From assembly GCA_044866005.1 (NCBI GenBank), contig JBIOTN010000067.1, positions 4,899 through 68,898 of the forward strand: 64,000 nucleotides of DNA, read 5' to 3'. Origin of the DNA: Candidatus Rokuibacteriota bacterium. GTDB lineage: Bacteria > Methylomirabilota > Methylomirabilia > Rokubacteriales > DASRDR01. The translations under genes were made by a program, and so were the position numbers. Within the stretch, counting starts at the first letter, position 1. The number at the start of each line of letters is the position of its first letter. This document shows positions 9,914-20,566 of this stretch, in pieces. Under the pieces are notes generated by a model. That model was given only the letters and a program-made list of their open reading frames with translations. It did no database searches and had not been told where the DNA came from.

Positions 9914-12900
9914 ATGCAGTGTGCCCGCTGTCACGTCGAAAACCGCGAGGGCCGCCGCTTCTGTGCCGAGTGCGGCGCGCCGCTTTCGCTCGCCTGCCCC
10001 GCGTGCGGCTTCACGAACGAAGCGGGCGAGAAGTTCTGTGGCGGCTGCGGCCAGCGCCTGGCCGCGCCCGCCGTCGGCGAGCCCACCGCCGCCCCGGGCC
10101 GCGCCGTTTCCCGCGACGACCACCAGCGGCGCATCACCTCCTACACGCCGAAGCACCTCGCCGAGAAGATCCTGAAGGCGCGCTCGGCCCTGGAAGGTGA
10201 ACGCCGCCACGTGAGCGTCCTGTTCGCCGACCTGGCGGGCTTCACGACGCTCGCGGAGCGGCTGGATCCGGAAGACGTACACCAGATCATCGACCGCTGC
10301 TTCGAGTCGATCACCGCGGAGGTGCACCGCTTCGAAGGGACGATCAACCAGTACACGGGGGACGGGGTGATGGCGCTCTTCGGCGCACCCATCGCCCACG
10401 AGGACGGCCCGCGGCGCGCGGTCCACGCGGCGCTGGCAATCCAGCGCGCCGTGCGGGAGGAGAGCCGGAAACTGCAGGCGGAGCGAGGGCTCACGCTCGA
10501 CCTGCGCGTGGGAGTCCACACGGGGCCGGTGGTCGTCGGTCGCATCGGGGACGACCTGCGCATGGACTACACGGCGGTCGGCGACACGACCAACCTGGCC
10601 GCCCGGCTCCAACAACTCGCGCGCCCGGGAAGCGTGGTGGTGAGCGAGGCCACCCATCGGCTGGTCGGCGGCTTCTTCGAGACGCGGGACCTCGGCGACG
10701 TGGCGGTGAAGGGGCACGACCCGGTCCGCGCGTTCGAGGTCCTGCGGCCGCGGGGCCGGCGAACCCGACTCGACGTGGCCGTCGAGCGCGGCCTCACACC
10801 GCTCGTCGGCCGATCGCGCGAGCTGGCCATTCTCCTCGACCGGTTCGGGGAGGTCAAGGCGGGGCGGGGGCAGGTCGTCTTCGTCGCCGGCGAGGCCGGG
10901 ATCGGGAAGTCCAGACTCGTGCTGGAGTTCCGGCGGGCGCTGGCTCAAGCGGGAGCCGGCGTGACCTGGCTCGAAGGGCGGTGCGTCTCCTTCGGGCAGT
11001 CGATCCCCTTTCTGCCCTTGATCGATCAGCTCCGCGAGAACTTCAGAATCGAAGAGTTCGACGGCGAGCCCGAGATCATCGCCAAGGTCGAGCACGGAAT
11101 GCGCCGGATGGGCGAGCTGGAGGCGCACATCCCGTACGTGCGGTATCTGCTCGCGGTGGACCCGGGCGACCCGGCGATCTCCGCCATGGACGCCGCGGCG
11201 CGGCGGAAGAGGATGTTCGACGCCTGCCGTGCGCTCGCCATCCGTGGCGCGGCGCTCCGGCCCGTCGTCTTCGTCTTCGAGGACCTCCACTGGATCGACA
11301 CGAGCACCGAGGAGTACCTCGGCTCGCTGATGGACTCGGTGGCGGGCGTCCCACTGCTGCTGATCCTCACCTATCGGGTCGGGTACACGCCGCCGTTCGG
11401 CGGCCGGAGCTTCCACACGCCCCTCACCCTCCACAGCCTCTCCGAGACCGAGAGCCTGACGTTGGCCGGGCGGGTCCTCGGCAGCGACGACTTCCCCGAC
11501 GAGCTCAAGACCGCGCTGATGGAGAAGGCCGAAGGGGTGCCGCTCTTCGTCGAAGAGGTCACGAAGACACTCCTCGATCTCGGCGTGCTGCGTCGCGAGG
11601 ACGGCGAGTACCGCATGGTGAAGGGCGTATCCGAGGTGAGCGTTCCGGACACCATTCAGGGGATCATCATGGCCCGGTTGGATCGGCTCGGGGAGGACGG
11701 GAAACGGGCGGTCCAGCTCGCGTCGGTCATCGGGCGGCAGTTCCTGGTCCGGCTTCTGGAGCGGATCGCCGGCCTGAGCGGGCGGCTGGAGGGCCTGCTG
11801 GCGGAGCTCAAAGCGCTGGAGATCATCTACGAGCATGCGCTCTTCCCCGAGCCGGCGTACATCTTCAAGCACGCGGTGATCCAGGACGTCGCCTACAACA
11901 GCCTCCTGGTTCAGCGCCGCAAGGAACTCCACAAGGCCGTCGGGTACGCCATCGAGGAGCTGTACGCCGACCGCCTCGCCGAGCACCACGAGGAGCTGGC
12001 GCACCACTTCGCCCAGGGGGAGGAGTGGCGGAAGGCGATGGAGTACAGCCTGGTGGCCGGGGACAGGGCCGCCCAGAAGTTCGCGAACGCGGAAGCGGCG
12101 AAGCACTACACCCGGACACTGCAGGCGGCCTATGCCGTCTCGCCGGTACCGGAGCCCGAGGTCCTGGCGGGGTTACACGTCAAACACGCGGCGGTGCGCA
12201 CGCTCCTGGCCGACTACGAAGGGGCGGTATCGCAGTACGGCGCGGCCCGGGCCCTGATCCAGCAGACCGGCAACCGGAAGCAGGAAGTCGAGATCCTGAT
12301 GGGGCTCGGCTTCGCCTACAGCTTTTATCACAAGCCGGAGCCGGCCTTGGAGGCCGTGGACGAGGCCCTCGCCATCGCGCGGGAGATCGACGACCGCAGC
12401 TCGCAGGCCGCCTGCCTCGTCACGCGTGCCGAGGCGGTCGCCTCCGGCTACGGGCGGGTCATCGAGGCGGCGTCGAACATCGAGGAAGCGGTCCGGCTGT
12501 CCGAAGAGATCCCGAACCCGCTCCTGCGGGCGCGGGTGCTCGTCTTCACGGGCCGGATCGTCCAGTGGCGGGGGGAATTCGACCGCGCGATCATGGTGCT
12601 GGAGGAAGGGACCGAGTTCGCGCGCCGCGAGCACTTGGGATTCCTCTTCGGGCTCGGTCTCTTCACGCTCGGACACGCCCACCTGGCGAAGGGCGATTTC
12701 GAAGCGGCCCTTCGGCGCTACCACGAGCTCCGCCACTATGCCGAGGGGGCCGGGGACAAGCTCTACATCGTGCGCGCCCCGAACTGTCTCGCGGGCGCCC
12801 ACCTGGAACTCTACGACCTGGACGAGGCGATCCGTCTGAACGAAGAGGGGGACGACGTGGCGAAGCGGCTCTGGCCCTGGCCGGAGCCGCGCGGCCACTC

Positions 12901-13468
12901 GCTGGTGAAGCTCGGACTGGCCCATCTCTGGCGAGGCGACCACGGCCGCGCGCAACAGGCGTTCCAGCAGGCGTGGGGACTGCTGGAGGACGATCCGTGG
13001 GCCCGCTGGCGCTGGCACGTCCCGCTCCTGGCGGCGCTCGGCGAGATGGCGCTCACCGAGCACCGGCTCGAGGAGGCCTGGGGGCATGCCACTCGTTCCC
13101 TGGAGCTGGCCACCGAGTCGGACTCGCGCAAGCACGTGACCCGGGCTCAGCGTCTTCGAGGCCAGATCCTGGCGGCGCAGGGACGGCTCGAGGACGGGGC
13201 ACGCGCGCTCGAGGTGTCGGTCACGCTGGCCGAAGCCCTGGGGACGCCGCGCGAGGTGTGGATGGGGAAAGCGGCGCTCGCGGACGTGCTGGCGCGACTG
13301 GGCCGGGACAGGGACGCCGAGCGGCTCCTCGCCCAGGCCGCCGGAACGATCGACTCGATCGCGGAAAAGCTCACCACGCCGGGCCTGCGCCGGAGCTTCC
13401 TCGGCGGCGGCCCGGTCCTGGACGTCTACCGAGCGCTGGGGCGCCGCCCGCCTCCGAACGCGCCATGA
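9914..13468 (+). CDS. Class III adenylate/guanylate cyclase with N-terminal double zinc-ribbon and C-terminal AAA-ATPase/TPR regulatory region
   Basis: CxxC-x-CxxC ribbons; cyclase catalytic motifs (VLFADLAGFT..GDGVMALFG); Walker A GEAGIGKS; 1184 aa. Confidence 0.9.
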   Translation: MQCARCHVENREGRRFCAECGAPLSLACPACGFTNEAGEKFCGGCGQRLAAPAVGEPTAAPGRAVSRDDHQRRITSYTPKHLAEKILKARSALEGERRHVSVLFADLAGFTTLAERLDPEDVHQIIDRCFESITAEVHRFEGTINQYTGDGVMALFGAPIAHEDGPRRAVHAALAIQRAVREESRKLQAERGLTLDLRVGVHTGPVVVGRIGDDLRMDYTAVGDTTNLAARLQQLARPGSVVVSEATHRLVGGFFETRDLGDVAVKGHDPVRAFEVLRPRGRRTRLDVAVERGLTPLVGRSRELAILLDRFGEVKAGRGQVVFVAGEAGIGKSRLVLEFRRALAQAGAGVTWLEGRCVSFGQSIPFLPLIDQLRENFRIEEFDGEPEIIAKVEHGMRRMGELEAHIPYVRYLLAVDPGDPAISAMDAAARRKRMFDACRALAIRGAALRPVVFVFEDLHWIDTSTEEYLGSLMDSVAGVPLLLILTYRVGYTPPFGGRSFHTPLTLHSLSETESLTLAGRVLGSDDFPDELKTALMEKAEGVPLFVEEVTKTLLDLGVLRREDGEYRMVKGVSEVSVPDTIQGIIMARLDRLGEDGKRAVQLASVIGRQFLVRLLERIAGLSGRLEGLLAELKALEIIYEHALFPEPAYIFKHAVIQDVAYNSLLVQRRKELHKAVGYAIEELYADRLAEHHEELAHHFAQGEEWRKAMEYSLVAGDRAAQKFANAEAAKHYTRTLQAAYAVSPVPEPEVLAGLHVKHAAVRTLLADYEGAVSQYGAARALIQQTGNRKQEVEILMGLGFAYSFYHKPEPALEAVDEALAIAREIDDRSSQAACLVTRAEAVASGYGRVIEAASNIEEAVRLSEEIPNPLLRARVLVFTGRIVQWRGEFDRAIMVLEEGTEFARREHLGFLFGLGLFTLGHAHLAKGDFEAALRRYHELRHYAEGAGDKLYIVRAPNCLAGAHLELYDLDEAIRLNEEGDDVAKRLWPWPEPRGHSLVKLGLAHLWRGDHGRAQQAFQQAWGLLEDDPWARWRWHVPLLAALGEMALTEHRLEEAWGHATRSLELATESDSRKHVTRAQRLRGQILAAQGRLEDGARALEVSVTLAEALGTPREVWMGKAALADVLARLGRDRDAERLLAQAAGTIDSIAEKLTTPGLRRSFLGGGPVLDVYRALGRRPPPNAP

Positions 13469-13686
13469 TCCTCCCGCGGGGAGACCCAGAACAGATCGCC
13501 GGTCCGAGAAGCGAGCAGCCCCAGGCGAAAGGGAAGAGGCTCACCGCAGCGGGAGCGAGCCGGGCCGAGACCCGAGCAGATCAAGGACGCAGGACCGAGC
13601 GCGGCCGAGGCGTATGCCGCATACGTTGAGGCCGCGCGAAGGCCGAGGACGCCGAGATGCGACGGGTATCGGCCCGGCTGGCCCGG

Positions 13687-15534
13687 CTACGCCATGAAGC
13701 GGTCGTAGCGGCCGTAGTCCCGCGCCGCATCCATGAACCACTGGACGATCTCGGGCCGGGAGCGCGGCGGGATCTCGCACGACGTCGACAGGATGAACGC
13801 GGAGTGGCGCGCGGCCGTGTCCACGCAGCGGCGCACCTCGGCCTCGATCTCGGCCCGGGTGGCGCGCTCGAAGAGCGTCGCGTCCACGTTGCCGATCGCC
13901 ACGACGCGCTTCTTCGCCACGTCCATGAACCGGGCGAGCTGGTCGACCTTGAGGGCGGGGTCCCCCTGCTGGTCGAGGTCGAAGGAGATCGTCGTGAAGC
14001 CGCACTGGATCAGGTCGTCGTAGATCGGGTACGTGGTGCCGCAGATGTGGGTCGTGAGCCCGACCTTCTTCGCCTTGAAGTGCTCGACCAGCTCCTTGTG
14101 GTACGGGGCGATGAACTCGCGGTAGTTGTCCGGCGAGATCAGGCTGATGGAGGCGGTGGGCTCCGAGAACGAGAGCCCGATCTTGCTCTGCACGATCTCG
14201 TCGCCCCACCGCTTGCAGAACTCCGTGGTGAAGCGCATCAGCTCGTGGATGAAGCCCGGGTCCTCGAACGTGTCGAGGAGCATCACCTCCGGGTTCCGCA
14301 TCAGCATGGCGATCGTCCACGGGCCGACCGCGACCGCCCCGACGGCCGTGGGGAGCTTCGCCGCCATCAGGCCCTCGCAGACCTCGAGGAAGGCCGGGAG
14401 GCGTCCGTCCCGCCGCGGGTCCGGGATCTCGAGCGTCGCCAGCTTCGCCTTGTCCTCCTGCAGCACGTGGGTCTCGATCGACGGCACGACGTAGTCGGAG
14501 TACTTGACCCGGCAGCCGGTCGCCTCGGCCTCCTTGGCCAGGTCGTTGTAGGCGAGCACGACGTCGGGCTGGTGGCGCTCGTAGTAGTTGAGCATCGCCT
14601 GCACGGCCTTGCCCGGCGTGGTGCAGAACTCTTCGATGGAGAGCCCGTCCAGCGTCCCCGCGTACGAGGCCACGATCGGGTAGACGGGCACGCGGTCGGC
14701 GAACGAGCGCTTGTAGGCGGCGACGACCCGGTCGCGCCCCGTGTACTGCGCCTTGCCCTTCTCCACGTCCCAGAGCTTGTTGACCTCCATGTACTTCGGG
14801 GGAAGCTTCGCCTCGTACTCCATGAACTGGGTGATGGGATAGCGGATCCCGCCCTTGTGGGTGCCTTCCAGCCCCTCGACGATCTCGCCCATCTTCGCCC
14901 ACGGGATGGTGAAGGCCATCTCGTGGTCCTGCGTCTGCCCGAAGATCCGGTCGCCGGAGCAGGGGAGGATCACCTGCGGCTCGCCGGTCTGCATGGTCGT
15001 GACGATGATGTCGGCGCAGACGATCCGGCCCTGGAACGACGAGGCGAGCCGGCCGCCGCGCTTCCACAGCGCCGCCTGCGTGAGCCGCATGACCTGGGCC
15101 GGGTTCGCGTAGACGACGACCAGGTCCGGCTCGAACGTCGTGCGGTCGAGCGGGCTGACGAGGAGACAGCTGTACTCGCCCGGCGCGAACTTGTCCACGG
15201 CCGCTTCGGACCGCGCGCCCGCCTCCTTCGTCTCCGTGTACATTCCCTCGCAGAGCGTGCCCGAGGTGTAGAGGTGGGTCGGTTTCTCGAAGCCGAGCGC
15301 GGTGATCCCGAGCGAGCAGATGTGGTCCTCGCGGGTCAGCGCGATCGTCCAGCCGTAGCGCCGCGCCATGTCGATGACCTGGCAGTTCATGGAGAGCTTG
15401 CCGAAGTCGCGGGCGGGTCGCTTCGCCTTCTCGGGGATCGGCTCGCCCGGGCGCAGCATCCGGACCGCGACCGGGAAGGTCTGCGGCCGGAGGTAGGTCT
15501 GCAGGGCCTGGTCGGCGCTCTTGGGGTCCACCAT
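13687..15534 (-). CDS. Fusion protein: N-terminal DUF169 plus C-terminal uroporphyrinogen-decarboxylase (URO-D/MtaA)-family domain
   Basis: Both halves are recognisable by sequence; 615 aa. Confidence 0.75.
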   Translation of the reverse strand: MVDPKSADQALQTYLRPQTFPVAVRMLRPGEPIPEKAKRPARDFGKLSMNCQVIDMARRYGWTIALTREDHICSLGITALGFEKPTHLYTSGTLCEGMYTETKEAGARSEAAVDKFAPGEYSCLLVSPLDRTTFEPDLVVVYANPAQVMRLTQAALWKRGGRLASSFQGRIVCADIIVTTMQTGEPQVILPCSGDRIFGQTQDHEMAFTIPWAKMGEIVEGLEGTHKGGIRYPITQFMEYEAKLPPKYMEVNKLWDVEKGKAQYTGRDRVVAAYKRSFADRVPVYPIVASYAGTLDGLSIEEFCTTPGKAVQAMLNYYERHQPDVVLAYNDLAKEAEATGCRVKYSDYVVPSIETHVLQEDKAKLATLEIPDPRRDGRLPAFLEVCEGLMAAKLPTAVGAVAVGPWTIAMLMRNPEVMLLDTFEDPGFIHELMRFTTEFCKRWGDEIVQSKIGLSFSEPTASISLISPDNYREFIAPYHKELVEHFKAKKVGLTTHICGTTYPIYDDLIQCGFTTISFDLDQQGDPALKVDQLARFMDVAKKRVVAIGNVDATLFERATRAEIEAEVRRCVDTAARHSAFILSTSCEIPPRSRPEIVQWFMDAARDYGRYDRFMA

Positions 15535-15729
15535 CGACTCTCCTTCGCTTCGCCGCGGCGTCGTTCAAACGCGCGAAATTTCGACTCCGAGCGTACTCGT
15601 CGGCCTCTGCGGTGTCAACCGCGCGCCGCGCTCGAGGCCGCGCACCCGCGCCGGGGAGACCGGTATACTGGGGCGGGGGCGGCCAAGACATCCCGTGCCC
15701 GTTTGCGCGAGCCGGAGAGGAGGAGCGCG

Positions 15730-16197
15730 ATGGCCGAGCTGATCCACGTCTCCCGGGTCAGGATCGTGAAGGACAAGGGGCCGGTGCGGCGCGCCTACAT
15801 CGAGCAGTTCCCGGACCCGGTGCGCTACGGCGTCCACGGCGGCATCAAAGACTTCTACGGGGTGGACCCGGTGGAGGAGCTGCCCACCACCCTCGACCAC
15901 GTGATCGCGGCGGTCGCAGGGTGAATGACCGGGACGCTAGCCGGGGCGCTAGCGGCGCGGAAGATCCCGACCCAGCCCGATCGCCTCTCCTCCGAGGTCG
16001 AGGGATTCATCGAGAACGTGGACGGCAAGCCCTTGATCACCCGGATCAAGGTCCACTACAAGCTCCGGGTCCCTCCGGGCAAGCGCGCAGAAGCGCTGCG
16101 GGCGATCGAGGTGCATGAGCAGGGCTGCCCGGCGTCCCAATCAGTCAGGCGCGGCATCGCGATCGAGTGGGACGGCGACGTGCACGAGGAGGCTTGA
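15730..16197 (+). CDS. OsmC/Ohr-family peroxiredoxin with in-frame TGA (15922-15924) at the peroxidatic Cys position; candidate selenoprotein
   Basis: The two ORFs 15730-15924 and 15925-16197 are in frame. The motif HVIAAVAG-[TGA]-MTGTLAGALAAR matches OsmC AAHAAC-FSMALS, and the second Cys GCPASQS is conserved. A hairpin lies 10 nt after the TGA. GAGGAGGAG RBS. Confidence 0.65.
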
Positions 16198-16314
16198 GCG
16201 CCACTCGGCCCGTCGCCGGCTCGCGGCCGCGCGCGCAGTGTTATCATTGAAGCGTCGAGGAGGCGTCGGGCCGCGTCGCGGGCCCGCAAACCAGTGGTTG
16301 CCCGGAGGTCCGAG

Positions 16315-17196
16315 ATGGACATCGGCACGTTGCGGTTGAAGGTCGGCTTCGCGGAGATGTTGAAGGGCGGCGTCGTCATGGACGTGACGACCGCCGAGCA
16401 GGCCCGGATCGCGGAGGACGCCGGCGCCTGCGCGGTGATGGCGCTGGAGCGGGTCCCCGCCGACATCCGCCGGGAGGGCGGGGTCGCCCGGATGGCCAGC
16501 GTCCGGAAGGTCCGCGAGATCATCGACGCCGTCTCCATCCCCGTCATGGCGAAGTGCCGCATCGGGCACTTCGTCGAGGCCCAGATCCTCCAGGCGCTCG
16601 GCGTGGACTACATCGACGAGTCCGAGGTCCTGACCCCCGCGGACGAGCACTTCCACGTGGACAAGTTCGCCTTCACCGTGCCCTTCGTGTGCGGCGCGCG
16701 GGACCTCGGCGAGGCCCTCCGCCGGATCGGGGAAGGGGCGGCGATGATCCGCACCAAGGGCGAGGCGGGCTCGGGGAACATCGTGGAGGCCGTGCGGCAC
16801 ATCCGAAAGGTCATCGGCCACATCAAGCGGCTCACGACGCTGGGCCCGGAGGAGCTGATGGCCGAGGCCAAGGAGCTCGGGGCGCCCTACGAGCTCGTCC
16901 GGTGGGTCGCGCGCGAGGGCCGGCTGCCGGTGCCGAACTTCGCGGCGGGCGGCGTGGCGACCCCCGCCGACGCGGCGCTCATGATGCAGCTCGGCGCCGA
17001 GGCGATCTTCGTCGGCTCGGGCGTCTTCAAGTCCGCCGACCCCGCCGCGCGCGCCCGCGCCATCGTCCAGGCGACGACCCACTACCGCGACCCGGACGTC
17101 CTGGCGAAGGTCTCGGAGGCGCTCGGCGAGGCGATGCCGGGCATCGAGACCTCCAAGCTGCCGGCGTCCGAACGGCTCGAGACGCGCGGCTGGTGA
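16315..17196 (+). CDS. pdxS: Pyridoxal 5'-phosphate synthase, lyase subunit
   Basis: Highly conserved PdxS sequence. Confidence 0.95.
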   Translation: MDIGTLRLKVGFAEMLKGGVVMDVTTAEQARIAEDAGACAVMALERVPADIRREGGVARMASVRKVREIIDAVSIPVMAKCRIGHFVEAQILQALGVDYIDESEVLTPADEHFHVDKFAFTVPFVCGARDLGEALRRIGEGAAMIRTKGEAGSGNIVEAVRHIRKVIGHIKRLTTLGPEELMAEAKELGAPYELVRWVAREGRLPVPNFAAGGVATPADAALMMQLGAEAIFVGSGVFKSADPAARARAIVQATTHYRDPDVLAKVSEALGEAMPGIETSKLPASERLETRGW

Positions 17197-17279
17197 CCCC
17201 GGGCGCGGGCCCCGCGGCCGACGTCCCGGTCGAGGTGGACCCGGCCGGCCGGCCGTCGCGGGCGCCGGGTCGAGAGGGG

Positions 17280-17867
17280 ATGCGGATCGGGGTCCTGGCG
17301 CTCCAGGGGGACTTCGCCGCGCACACGCGGGCGCTCGGTCGCCTGGGCATCGAGGCGCCGGAAGTCCGGAAACCCGCCGAGCTCGCGCGCCTCGACGGCC
17401 TCGTCCTCCCCGGCGGCGAGAGCACGACCCTGCTCACGCTGATGGGCGAGGAGTTCCCGCCGGCGCTCCGCGCCTTCCACGCGGCCGGCAAGCCGCTCTA
17501 CGGGACCTGCGCGGGATTGATCGTGCTCGCCCGGGAGGTGCTCGGCCCGCGCCAGCCCTCCGTCGGGCTGATCGACCTCACGGTCGAGCGCAACGCGTAC
17601 GGCCGCCAGCGCGAGTCCTTCGAAGCGGAGGGCGAGGCGCGGCTCGGCGGCGCGCCCGCGCCGCTGCGCATGGTCTTCATCCGCGCCCCGCGTATCGTCC
17701 GCGCGGGGCCCGGCGTGACGACGCTCGCCACGTGGAAGGACGAGCCCGTGCTGGTCCGGGAGGGGCCGGTCCTGGCGAGCACGTTCCACCCCGAGTTGAC
17801 GGACGAGCTCGCCATCCACCGGTACCTGGCGCAGATGGTCGTGGCGGCCGGCCGGCCGTCGGGCTGA
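17280..17867 (+). CDS. pdxT: Pyridoxal 5'-phosphate synthase, glutaminase subunit
   Basis: Conserved PdxT with GTCAG catalytic Cys. Confidence 0.95.
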   Translation: MRIGVLALQGDFAAHTRALGRLGIEAPEVRKPAELARLDGLVLPGGESTTLLTLMGEEFPPALRAFHAAGKPLYGTCAGLIVLAREVLGPRQPSVGLIDLTVERNAYGRQRESFEAEGEARLGGAPAPLRMVFIRAPRIVRAGPGVTTLATWKDEPVLVREGPVLASTFHPELTDELAIHRYLAQMVVAAGRPSG

Positions 17868-17908
17868 CCGCCGCCACCTCGGTCCGTGCGAGGGCTCGGG
17901 AGGTGGCC

Positions 17909-19651
17909 GTGAGCCGATCGGGCAAGGCGGCGCGCGGGGCGCGGCGGCGACCGCGGGCGGCCCGGTCCCGGGCCGCGCGGCGGGGCAAGCCGCTCGAGCG
18001 GGGTCTCGCGCGGGGCGCGGCCAACTACGTCCCGCTCACGCCGATCTCGTTCCTCGCCCGCGCCGCCGGCATCTATCCGACCAAGGCGGCGGTGATCCAC
18101 GGCGAGCGGACGTACAGCTATGCCGAGCTCTTCGCCCGCTGCCGCCGGCTCGCCTCGGCCCTCGTCCGGCGCGGCATCGGCCGGGGGGACACCGTCGCGA
18201 TCATGGCCCCGAACGTCCCGGCCATGCTCGAGGCGCACTACGGCGTGCCGATGGCCGGGGCGGTGCTGAACGCGCTGAACTACCGCCTCGACGCCCGATC
18301 CATCGCCTTCATGCTCGAGCACGGCCGGGCCAGGCTCCTGATCACGGACACGGAGTTCTCGGCCACGATCGGCCCGGCGCTCGCCCTGGTGAAGCGTCCG
18401 CTGCCCGTCATCGACATCGACGACCCGCTCGGCGGCGAGGACCGGGCCGGGAAGTTGCTCGGGGAGACGGACTACGAGGCCTTCCTGCGGGAGGGCGATC
18501 CCGAGTTCGCCTGGCCGGCCCCCGCCGACGAGTGGCAGGCGATCTGCCTCCTCTACACCTCGGGGACGACGGGGGACCCCAAAGGCGTCGTCTACCACCA
18601 TCGCGGCGCCTACCTGAACGCCCTCGGCAACGCGCTCGCGTTCGGCCTGTCGCCGCGCACCGTCTATCTCTGGACCCTGCCGATGTTCCACTGTAGCGGC
18701 TGGACCTACACCTGGGCCGTCACGGCGGTCGGCGGGACGCACGTCTGCCTCCGCCGCGTGGATCCGGCGCGGGTCTTCCAGGCGATCCAGGCCCACGGCG
18801 TCACGCACATGTGCGGGGCCCCCGTCGTCATGACCATGCTCGTCCACGCGCCCGCCGAGGCGAAGGTGACATTCGACCACGTCGTGGAGATCGCGACCGG
18901 CGGCGCGGCCCCGCCGTCGGCCGTCATCCGGGCGATGGAGGCGATGGGCTTCCGGGTCACGCACCTCTACGGCCTCACCGAGACCTACGGGCCGGCCACG
19001 CTCTGCGCCTGGCAGGCGGGCTGGGACGGCCTCGGGCTCGCGGAGCGCGCCGCCCTCATGGCGCGCCAGGGGGTGGCCTACCCGACGCTCGGCGCGGTCA
19101 CGGTCGCCGAGCCCCGGACGCTGCGCCCGGTGCCGCGCGACGGCCAGACGATCGGCGAGGTGATGATCCGCGGCAACACCGTGATGAAGGGCTACCTCGG
19201 GAACCCGCGCGCCACGACCGAGGCGTTCCGGGGCGGGTGGTTCCACACCGGCGACCTGGCCGTCTGGCATCCCGACGGCTACATCGAGATCAAGGACCGG
19301 TCGAAGGACATCATCATCTCCGGCGGCGAGAACATCTCCTCGCTGGAGGTCGAGGAGGTCCTCTACCGCCATCCCGCGGTGATGGAGGCCGCCGTCGTCG
19401 CGAAGCCGGACGAGAAGTGGGGAGAGACGCCCTGCGCCTTCGTCACGCCGAAGCCCGGCGCCGGCGAGGTCACCGCCCGGGAGATCGTCGACTGGTGCCG
19501 CGCGAACCTGGCCCGGTTCAAGGTGCCGCGGCACGTCGTGTTCGGGCCGCTCCCCAAGACCTCGACCGGGAAGATCCAGAAGTTCGTCCTGCGCGAGCGG
19601 GCGAAGACGGGGCTCCCGTCGGAGAGCGGAGGCGGCGGGCGCGCGGAGTGA
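17909..19651 (+). CDS. AMP-dependent acyl-CoA synthetase/ligase
   Basis: AMP-binding motifs YTSGTTGDPKG and GWFHTGD; GTG start after GGAGGTGG. The start is uncertain. Confidence 0.85.
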   Translation: MSRSGKAARGARRRPRAARSRAARRGKPLERGLARGAANYVPLTPISFLARAAGIYPTKAAVIHGERTYSYAELFARCRRLASALVRRGIGRGDTVAIMAPNVPAMLEAHYGVPMAGAVLNALNYRLDARSIAFMLEHGRARLLITDTEFSATIGPALALVKRPLPVIDIDDPLGGEDRAGKLLGETDYEAFLREGDPEFAWPAPADEWQAICLLYTSGTTGDPKGVVYHHRGAYLNALGNALAFGLSPRTVYLWTLPMFHCSGWTYTWAVTAVGGTHVCLRRVDPARVFQAIQAHGVTHMCGAPVVMTMLVHAPAEAKVTFDHVVEIATGGAAPPSAVIRAMEAMGFRVTHLYGLTETYGPATLCAWQAGWDGLGLAERAALMARQGVAYPTLGAVTVAEPRTLRPVPRDGQTIGEVMIRGNTVMKGYLGNPRATTEAFRGGWFHTGDLAVWHPDGYIEIKDRSKDIIISGGENISSLEVEEVLYRHPAVMEAAVVAKPDEKWGETPCAFVTPKPGAGEVTAREIVDWCRANLARFKVPRHVVFGPLPKTSTGKIQKFVLRERAKTGLPSESGGGGRAE

Positions 19652-19680
19652 TGCCGCGCCGGCCGGGGGAAGGCCGAGCG

Positions 19681-20550
19681 TCAGGACGGCAGCCCGAACA
19701 GCGAGCTGACCCGCTGCGCCTCGACCATCGCCGCCATCTCCGCGTCGGGAGGACGGCGGCGGACGCGGCTCGCGGCCTCCAGGACCCGGGGAAGCAAGGC
19801 CAGGTCTGCCGGCGTGTCGAGGAAGACATCGGGCAGGCCGAGCGCCCAGTGCACCGCCCGGTCGATGTCGGCCGGCTCCTCGAGCGGCTGGTACCAGGTG
19901 GTGCGCGTCCGGTCTGCCGTGGCCCAGGGCCCGCGCGCGATGGCCTTGATGACCTGGACCGCGACCTGCCGCTCGCGGCAGATGCTCAGCAGTGCCTCGA
20001 CGTCCGCGCGGTAGCGCTCGCTCTGGGCCATCAAGAAGTTATACGGCAGCAGCACCGTGTCGAAGTCGAAGCGCGCGAGGCTGCGCTTGTGCATGGCGGG
20101 GATCGTCCAGCCGTGACCGGTCACCCCGATAAAGCGCGCGAGCCCCTGCTCGCGGGCCTCGATCGCCGCCTCCAGGGCGCCGCCCGGTCCCATGGCCTGC
20201 TCCCACTCGTCGGGGTGGCCCAGCGAGTGCAGCTGGATCAGGTCGACGTGGTCCACCCGGAGCCGGTCGAGCGAGCGGTGAAGCTCCTCGCGGGCGCCGT
20301 CGCGGGTGCGCATGGCGGTCTTCGTCGCGAGGAAGAACTCCTTCCGGTGCCCGGCCATCCACGGGCCGATGCGGAGCTCGGAGTCCCCGTACCGCGCCGC
20401 GGTGTCGATGTGGTTGACGCCGTGCCGCAAGAGCAGGTCCAGGGCGCGGTCGGCCTCCGCCTGCGGGCACCGGGCGAGGGCGGCCGCCCCGAAGATGGTC
20501 ACCGTGCTGAGGTGACCGGTGCGTCCGAAGGGTCGCCGTTCGATCATCAC
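19681..20550 (-). CDS. Aldo/keto reductase
   Basis: AKR-family sequence; 16 nt downstream of copA on the same strand. Confidence 0.85.
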   Translation of the reverse strand: MMIERRPFGRTGHLSTVTIFGAAALARCPQAEADRALDLLLRHGVNHIDTAARYGDSELRIGPWMAGHRKEFFLATKTAMRTRDGAREELHRSLDRLRVDHVDLIQLHSLGHPDEWEQAMGPGGALEAAIEAREQGLARFIGVTGHGWTIPAMHKRSLARFDFDTVLLPYNFLMAQSERYRADVEALLSICRERQVAVQVIKAIARGPWATADRTRTTWYQPLEEPADIDRAVHWALGLPDVFLDTPADLALLPRVLEAASRVRRRPPDAEMAAMVEAQRVSSLFGLPS

Positions 20551-20566
20551 GCGGCTCCTCGCGGCC

